Assembly: GCA_947627325.1 (NCBI GenBank)
Contig: CANQVO010000003.1
Span: 43,263 to 107,262, forward strand
Source: an uncultured Oscillospiraceae bacterium
GTDB taxonomy: Bacteria; Bacillota; Clostridia; Oscillospirales; Oscillospiraceae
DNA length: 64,000 nucleotides
Direction: 5' to 3'
In this document: piece by piece, positions 52,001 to 61,000 of the stretch
Layout: every line of letters begins with the position of its first letter
Position numbering within the stretch: position 1 is the first letter of the stretch
The notes under the pieces: model-generated
Seen by the model: the letters and a program-made list of their open reading frames with translations, nothing else
Told to the model about the DNA's origin: nothing
Database searches by the model: none
Position numbers and translations under genes: made by a program

Positions 52001-55000
52001 AGGCCCGGGAGATCCTGGAAGAGGGCCTCTATCCCTTCAGCTATCACCACACGGTGGTGGACATCGCCGCGGGCGACACCTTCACCCTGATCCTCACCGA
52101 CGACGGCGCGGAGGGCAACACCGACGCCGGCAACGTCTACGCCTTCGGCTACAACTACCTGGGCTCCCTGGGCACCGGCGACCAGGTGGACCGCTACTAT
52201 CCCGCCAAGGTCCTCACCACACAGAACACCGCCCAGGCCGCCGTGCCCGTCCAGCACATCGCCGGGATCGCCGCCGGCGGGTACAGCGCCTTCGCCTTCA
52301 CCGCCGACGACCAGGTCTACACCTGGGGCCAGAACACCTACGGCCAGCTGGGCGATGGCTCCGCCGCCACCAAGCTCTACGCCGCCATCAACTACTACCC
52401 CCACAACGCCGGCCTCCTCTACGACCAGAAGCGCGACCTGACCGGCGCGGGGCTCTACGCCGCCACGTATGACGACGGCCTGGGAACGCATGACATCCAG
52501 GCGGACACCGTGCCCACCACCACCGTGCCCAACGGCCGGCCGGTGGCGAAGCTGGAGGGCGGCCAGCTGATCTACGTGACCGACGACTACGGCCGCCAGC
52601 TCTACTACGATCCCTCCATCACCCTGGTGGAGACCACCGATCCCACCGCCTGGCCCGTGATGGTGGGGGCGGACGACTTCACCTTCGACGGCGCCAACGC
52701 CGGGACCTCGGTGAACGTGGACAGCGGCTACCTCACCGACATCCGCCAGATCGACGTGAGCGATGAACACATGGTGATGATCCGGGACGACGGCTTCGTC
52801 CTCACCTCCGGCCGCAACGACCACGGCCAGATCGGCATGGGCGACAGCGATGTGGCCCAGGTCACCATCCCCAGCATCGTGGAGAAGCAGAGCGCCGACG
52901 GCCTCACCGCGCCGCGCTCCATCCACTACGCCCTCACCCGCTACGCCGCCGACCTGACCGACCCCGTGGCGGTGGACGCCGTGGCCGCGGGCGGGACGGT
53001 GAGCATGGAGAACGACAAGATCCTGGCCCTCAGTGAGCTGAAGCTCCTGTTGGACAACGGCGGGGCCGGCCTGCTGAACGTCTTTGGCAACACCCTGCTC
53101 AGCGACGCCAACACCAACTTCAAGGTCTCCGCCTCCAACCCCATCGTGGACGTGATCCAGCGCCAGGACAGCGCGGGCGGGAGCCTGTTCTACATCCGTC
53201 CCGTCTACGCCGAGTATGTGGGCGCTGACGGCGTGCTCCGCAACGGCGTGGAGGGCTCCACCGTCATCACCATCACCGAGACGGTCACCGGCCTGAGCGT
53301 CCAGTTCACCCTGAACATCCTCAAGACCAACGAGATCAACGCCCCCACCGACCTCAAGACCATCACCGAGCCCAAGGTGGCGGCGGGCGCGGACTTCGCC
53401 CTGGCCCTGCGCGCCGACGGCACCGTGTGGGCCTGGGGCAGCAACACCTACGGCCAGCTGGGTACCGACTCCGCCGCCGACGTGACCGGGCTGGCGGTGC
53501 CCACCCAGGTGGTCCGGGACGACAGCTACCGCAACACCAACGCCCTCACCGGCATCGTCTCCATCGCCGCCGGCGGCCAGCACGCCGTGGCCATCGACAA
53601 GGACGGCAAGGTCTACACCTGGGGCCGCAACGCGTACAGCACCGACGCCGGGGACCAGTACGCCAGCCCCCTGGGCCGTCCCTCCAGCAACGCCCCCACC
53701 AGCAACATCCTGGGCTCCGGCCTGTCCGGCGAGGACAACTACCGCGGCAAGGCCATGGAGGCCGCCAACGTGGCCACCTACACCAACGGCACGCCGGTGA
53801 AGGCCCTGGCCGGGGATCAGATCATCGGCTACGTCACCACCACCGGCTACGTCTACTCCCTGGAGTGGTACTACACCGGCGCCACCAACACCCCCAAGAT
53901 CTGGCGGCCCTATCAGCGGGCCACCGGCGTGGCCGACGCCGACTATATGGGCAACACCCTGGTCTATGTGACCACCGGCGGCGCGGGCTATGTCAGCGGC
54001 GTCTCCGGCGCGGTGGTGTCCAGCGGCGTCAAGGCCGTGGCCGCGGGCAGCGCCCACACCCTGTTCCTCACCTCCGCCGGCACCGTCTACGCCTACGGCT
54101 CCAACAGCCGCGGCCAGCTGGGCACCAACGGCGGCGCGGGCTACGTCCTGCGGCCTGACCGCTCCATCCTGGGCGCGGACGACCCGGTGGTCCACATCGC
54201 CGCCGGCGGCAACGTGTCCATGGCGGTCACCCAGTCCGGCCTGCTCTACCTGTGGGGCCAGGGCGACGTGGGCCAGCAGGGCGACGGCGCCCGCTATGAC
54301 CGCCTCTACGCCACCGAGCTGTCCGCCCGCTCCGGCTTCTACACCGGCATCGGTCTGGACCTGGACGGTGACGGCGTGACCACCACCCTGTCCGCCGCCC
54401 AGAGCGGCCGGCCCGCCATGGCCGCCACCGGGACCAGCGTCTTCGCCATGGACGCCAAGGGCGCCATCTACGGCTGGGGCTCCAACGCCCGCGGCGCGCT
54501 GGGCATTGGCCAGAGCCAGGAGCGGGTGGACCAGGTCCTGACCCCCCAGGCGGTGGGCGCCAACAAGGATCTGGAGGTGGGCTACGCCGCCGTCCTCAAC
54601 CTGGACGAGACTTACGCCAACGCCGACAGCGCCACCATCGCCGCCTTCTTCAACTACTACGGCTTCGACCGTCTGGCCGCGTACATCACCACCGGCGAGG
54701 ACCTCCAGGCGCCCGCGGAGGAGCCCGTGGAAGAGCCCGCCCAGGCCTCCGAGGAGGAGATGGCGGAAGAGCCCGCCGCGGCCGCCATGTCCATCGCCGC
54801 CCAGGGGACGGGTATCCAGCTCATGGCCCTGGACGAGCCGGAGGACGTGTCCTTCCTGTCCTCCATGGTCCGGGTGCCGGAGATGAACCAGGTGGTGGCG
54901 GACGGCGTGCTGTTCAACGCCGCCAACCCGCTGGGCGACAAGGTCGTTATGGGCGAGGGCCAGGTGTTCATCCTGAAGAAGAGCGCCGTCTTTGAGGTGG

Positions 55001-58000
55001 ACAACTTCTACCTCAACCTGCTCCACGGCTACTCCAACGACTCCCGCCGGGTGGAGGATCTGAGCATGGTCTCCTCCAACATGGCCCAGTTCGAGAGCCT
55101 GGAGGACTGGATCGTTCTGCCCCACGCGCAGAAGGACCAGCGCTTTGAGTCCACCACCATCACCCTGTCCGACCGCTACCTGGCCGATAACGACGCCGAC
55201 AACGGCCTGGGCAACTACGCCGATTACACCACCTACGGCTACGGCCGGGCCGCCCGGGACATCACCCTGGAGTACCGCCATCAGGACGACATCGCCGACG
55301 CGGCCGCCCTGGGCACCTGGGCCAAGCCCGAGGACTCCAGCGTGGACGTGACGCCCATGGTGGTCTCCTACAACAACTTCACCGTGGCCCTGATGAGCGA
55401 CGGCACCGTGTGGACCTGGGGCGCCAACGACTACGGCGTGGGCGGCACCGGCGTCAGCCAGACGGGCCGGAGCCAGATCGAGACGCCCATGCAGGTGCGC
55501 GCCTACATTGGCGCCGATGTGAGCACCTATGGCGACTACCTGCAGAACATCGTCAAGCTGGCGGCGGGGAACAACCACATCCTGGCCCTGGACCGGGGCG
55601 GCAGTGTCTACGCCTGGGGCTACAACGACCAGTCCCAGCTGGGCGGCGGCTCCGCCACCTCCAGCCAGAGCAGTTACTCCGCCGTGCCCGTGCGGGTGCT
55701 CAAGGGCCAGCAGGACACCGCCGCGGGCGACTATCTGAGCAATATCGTGGACATCGCCGCGGGCAACCGCTTCTCCGTGGCGGTGGACGCGGACGGGTTC
55801 GTCTACACCTGGGGCGCCAACAACTCCGGCGTGCTGGGCATCAACCGCACCGGCCCGCGCGCCTCCAACGGCAACTACGGCTACGAGAGCGAACAGCTCA
55901 AGAACGCCCAGCCCACCCCCATGCGCGTCCTCCGGGGCACCCCCACCGGCGGCGACTTCTACTATAACTCCATCCTGGATCCCGCCATGGCCGCCATGAC
56001 CGGCGACCTGCCCACCTGGACGTGGGACCAGGAGGCGCTGGCCGACCCGAGCCAGGTCTATCTGACCAACATCGTCTCCGTGGCCGCCGGCGACCGCCAC
56101 ATCCTGGCCCTGGACCAGTACGGCAACGTCTACGCCTGGGGCGACAACGCCTACGGCCAGCTGGGCAACGCCAGGGATATGCTCAACCAGGACTACCGCA
56201 CCGTCACCGACGTGGTGCTCAACGAGACCTTCCAGGCGGTGCCCATGCGCGTCTCCATCAGCGACGCCGCCTCCATCTACGCCGGGTTCAACACCTCCGC
56301 CGTCATCCGCCAGGACGGCACCGTGTGGCTCTTCGGCGACCAGAGCTACGGCGGCCAGAGCGTCAAGAGCGCCGTGCCCACCCAGCTCACTCGCCCGGAC
56401 GGCCAGGCCCTTCTGGCCACCCAGGTGGCCATCGGCTACCGGCACATGATGGCCCTGGGCCGTGACGGCGCCGTGTACAGCTGGGGCAGCGACAACTTCG
56501 GCCAGCTGGGCCACGGCGTGTCCGGGGTCAACGCCCAGCCCATGGACTACGCCAACATCCTCACCGACATCCGCTACGTCCAGGAGCCCGTGGGCGAGTG
56601 GGACGAGGTCTCCGGCATCTGGATCGAGACCGGGGAGACCGTCCAGCGCCGCCAGGGCACCACCGTCACCCTCAACGGCACCGCGGGCCACCGGGCCCTG
56701 GCCGTGAGCGCCGGGATGTACCACAGCGTCGTCCTCATGGAGGACGGCACGGTGTACGCCATGGGCTACAACAACACCATGCAGCTGGGCAGCACCTACG
56801 CCGAGCAGAACGCCGTGGAGCCCAAGGGCCTCCAGGTGGGGGTGGATCAGCGGATCCTGGGCCTCTACCTCAACGAGCTGACCTGGACGGCCACCAAGAG
56901 CGGGGCCGAGGGCCCGGTGCCTCTGACCTGGAGCGAGGTGGCGGCCGCCAACGGCAACAGCGATCCCGCCGACAACGTCTCTCTCACCTCCGCCGCGGTG
57001 GACTATGAGTACGTCCGCTTCGTGGGCGGCCAGATCGTGCTGGATCTGGACCGCCTGGGCACCAAGACCTGGGACGGCTTCAACCTCATCAACGCCAACG
57101 TCATCCGCCGGCTGGACGCCGACGCGGTGACCCTGCGCTCCCTCAACGAGGAGGTGGCGGTGATCCGCACCGAGACCACCGCCGACGGCCGGAACGTGGC
57201 CGTGGTGGACGTGGTGGGCTTCGGCGTGGGCTACATCGTCGCCGAGTACGTGGATCCCGACACCGGCCTCCACTACTCCAACGCCTTCCGGGTCTACGGC
57301 AAGCCGCTGCCCGAGAACGAAGACGACCTGGAGAGCATCCCCAGCCTGACCTATCCCCAGGTGGGCGTGGGCGAGAACTTCTCCGTGGTCCTGCGGGACA
57401 ACGGCACCGTCTGGACCTTCGGCAGCAACTACGACACCGCCACCGGCGTGGGCGACGGCCGCCTGGGCAAGGGCCGGGCCGACCAGGTCACCTACACCAC
57501 CCCGCAGCAGATCATCGGCGCGGGGATGGTGAGCGGTCTGGACGCCACGCTGGTGAACATGACCATCACCAAGATCGCCGTGGGCGCCAACTTCACCGTG
57601 GCCCTCACCGACAGCAAGGATCCCAGGGAACAGCTGGTGGTCTGGGGCAATAACCAGCACGGCCAGCTGGGCATCGGCACCAACAACGGCCAGCTGGAGA
57701 ACGTCCTCACCCCCACCGTGGTGGACGTGAGCGCCTATCTGGTCCGGCCCGGGGACTACATCGTGGACATCGCCGCCGGGGAGAACTACACCCTGTTCCT
57801 CACCAAGGCCGGGGACGTGTACGGCATGGGTTCCAACGCCGACGGCAAGCTGGTCATGGGCGAGCGGGGCATGAAGAGCGTCCAGACCGTGCCCACCCGG
57901 ATCCTCCTGCCCGACAACGCCCGGGCGGTGGACATCGCCGCCAACATCTCCACCAGCCACGTCCTCACCTGGACTGGCGACGTGGTCAGCTGGGGCGAGG

Positions 58001-61000
58001 CCGCCCACGGCCAGTTCGGCACCCCCAACTACTCCCTGCAAGGGCCCAACTACGCCGAGATCGGCTCCTTCGTCCGCATGGCCGCCGACGGCGTCAGCGT
58101 GGAGGAGGCCCTGCCCACGGACTACGCGGGCCATCCCATCCGCTCCGCCAGCCGCTTCATCGCCATCGGCGCCGGGGCCGGGTCCGTGGCCGCCATCGAC
58201 GTGGACGGCGCGGTGGCCGTTTGGGGCTCCAACGCCAAGGGCCAGCTGAGCGCCTTTGAGACCAAGCAGATCTACACCCCCGCCACCTACGACCTGGTCT
58301 CCGCCGGGACGGACAGCGAGGGCAACGAGCTCCAGGCCAAGGTCCTGAAGGATCCGGGCTACTTCACGGTGACCGGGGACAGCCAGCCCGCCAATGTCCT
58401 GTACGCCAGCTATCAGAACACCTACAACACCACCTACACCGACGTTTACACCGTGGGCGGTGATACCCAGCTCATCGGCACCTACCGCTCCGTGGCCCTC
58501 CAGACCGCCATGGGCCAGACCGGCTATGTGCTCTACACCAAGCTGGGCGACGCCACCCTGGACGCGGACGGGACGGCAGACCGTTCCGCCCTGATCCCCT
58601 ACACCCTCCTGGCCTCCGGCTCCAACGCCTATGGCCAGCTGGGCATCGGCCGCGGCGGCGTGAGCGTTGCCATGTCCGCCCGGGCGGTCATGGCCGGGGA
58701 GGCCAACCCCGTGAACGCCCAGGAGCGGGTGGATAACCTGATGTTCATCGCCACCGCGCCCTACGGCGGCACCACCCTGGCCTACGACAACAACTACGGC
58801 TCGGTGTACGCCTGGGGCAACAACACCAGCGGCCAGGTGGGCGACGGCACCTACGGCAACCAGACCACCCCCGTGATGGTGCTCAAGGACGGCGGCGGGT
58901 CCTATCTGGACATCACCCACGTGCTGGTCAACGACGATCCCACCCTGCCCGACTACACCGCCACCATCCTCTTCAACGTGGCGGAGGCGGACGCCGCCGC
59001 CTCCACCGCCCAGCTGGCGGTGGCGGGCCAGGTGTTCACCGACTTCACCGGCGCCACCTCCACCGTGAAGGCCCCCGCCGGCACCGCCATCGACGCGCAG
59101 ATCGTCATGGCCCCCGAGTACACCATCGGCGCCGCGGCCATGATTACCGCCAGCGGGGTGGTGGTCCCCCTGGGCTTCACCAAGGGCGACGGCTCCGGCA
59201 CCCTGGCCGCCGGGGACAGCATCGACCGCTTCACCATGCCCGCCGAGGACGTGACCATCATGGTCACCGTGGTGGACGTGGCCTTCGGCAGCGGCGGCGT
59301 GGAGTACACCGTGCGCCTGGGCGACCAGCTGCTGGCCGCGGCCCCGTACAGCTACCTGGGCCTGAGCACGGCCCCCGCCACCAGCGCCAAGGCCATGGTG
59401 GGCGACGAGGTGCCCTTCGCCATCCAGATCCCGGACGGCCAGACTCTGACCCGCCTGCACTACTACCAGACGGACAATGAAGACGAGATCGTGGGCCTGG
59501 AGTTCACGGTGGACACCTCCACCGCGCCCAACGTGGCCTACGGCCAGTTCGTCATGGGCTCCACCGACGACAACCAGAATATCCAGTACGTCATCGAAGC
59601 GGAGTTCGGCCCCGCCGGGAGCAACCCGGCCTACGGCTTGGAGCTGGACGTGGTGGACAACTACAACCCGGTGCCCGGCACCTCCACCACCGCCAGCAAC
59701 TCCGTGTCCATCACCTCCACCAGCGGCGGCCTGGGCCTGAGCGGGATCACCGCCGACAACGACATCCTCAACGGCCAGACCGCCATCCGGGCCGGTGACC
59801 TGGTCACCGTGACCGCCAACCTGGGCAGCCCCGCCTACTACATCCAGGTGACCGCCGCCACCAAGAACTTCGGCACGTACACCGTGCCCGTCTACGTCCA
59901 AGACGGCTCCACCGCCACCTTCGTCATGCCCTCGGACGACGTGGAGCTCACCGTCAAGTTCCTCTACGGCGCTATCACCACCGTCCAGTACGACACCCTC
60001 ATCTCCGCCAAGGGGGAGATCACCACCGCCATCAACTACGGCGACGCGGTGCGGATCGCGGTGAAGGACATCGTGGCCAACCTGGGCTTCAACGCCTACG
60101 GCCCCTTCCGCTACACCCCCAAGCCGGAGAACCTGACCTTTATCTCCACCAACGAGCGGGTGGCCACCGTGGACAACAACTGCTTCCTGGTGGACGGCTA
60201 CGGGAACTACGTGGACCAGGCCGGGAACGTGGTGAACGAGGCTGACCGGGTCTATAACCCCGACTTCGGCCTGGTGAAGGCGGGCTCTGAGACCGCCGGA
60301 TACACCTACATCATCGTCAGCGACGACCGGGGCAACGTGGGCTACTTCAAGCTGGGCGTGGTGCCCGGGCCGCAGATGGTGGACGGCGTGGCCCTGAAGA
60401 AGGACGTGGCCTTCCCCATGATCGAAGTGGGCGCCCAGCACACCATCGCTTTGAAGTCGGACGGCTCGGTCTGGGCCTGGGGCCGCAACAACCTGGGCCA
60501 GCTGGGCCTCCAGCGGGGCACCACCCAGTCCACCACGCCCACGGAGGTCCTGGCCGTGGTGGATAACCGGGGCAACACCGCCCCCTTGACCGGCGTGGTG
60601 AAGATCGCCGCGGGCGGCAACCACAACCTGGCGCTGAAGTCGGACGGCTCGGTCTGGGCCTGGGGCGACAACGCCTTGGGCGCCCTGGGCATCGGCAACC
60701 AGGGCGGCGTGCAGTACGCCGCCGTCCAGGTCCACGGCATCAACCCCATGGACAACGGGATGCTGGGCAGCGACCTCTACTCCTCCGCCATCGTGGACAT
60801 CGTGGCCGCCGGGGCGGTGGACCAGAGCGGCGCCACCACCCGCCAGTACTCCATGGCGCTGGATAAGAGCGGCCGGGTCTTCGCCTGGGGCAGCAACTAC
60901 CACGGCGTGGTCAACCCCGCCGACAACACCGGCGACCGGGCCGGGGTCATCACCGTGCCCATCAACATCAGCCAGAACTTCACCACCCTCAACGATCCTC

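Noticed and set aside
54697-54786. Possible gene boundary or fusion point at the acidic linker, and more generally the idea that the window holds many separate RCC1 genes
   Set aside because: There is no stop codon in frame +1 anywhere. No RBS-plus-start context is needed to explain the sequence, and the frame continues unchanged on both sides. This is one ORF, not an operon of paralogues.
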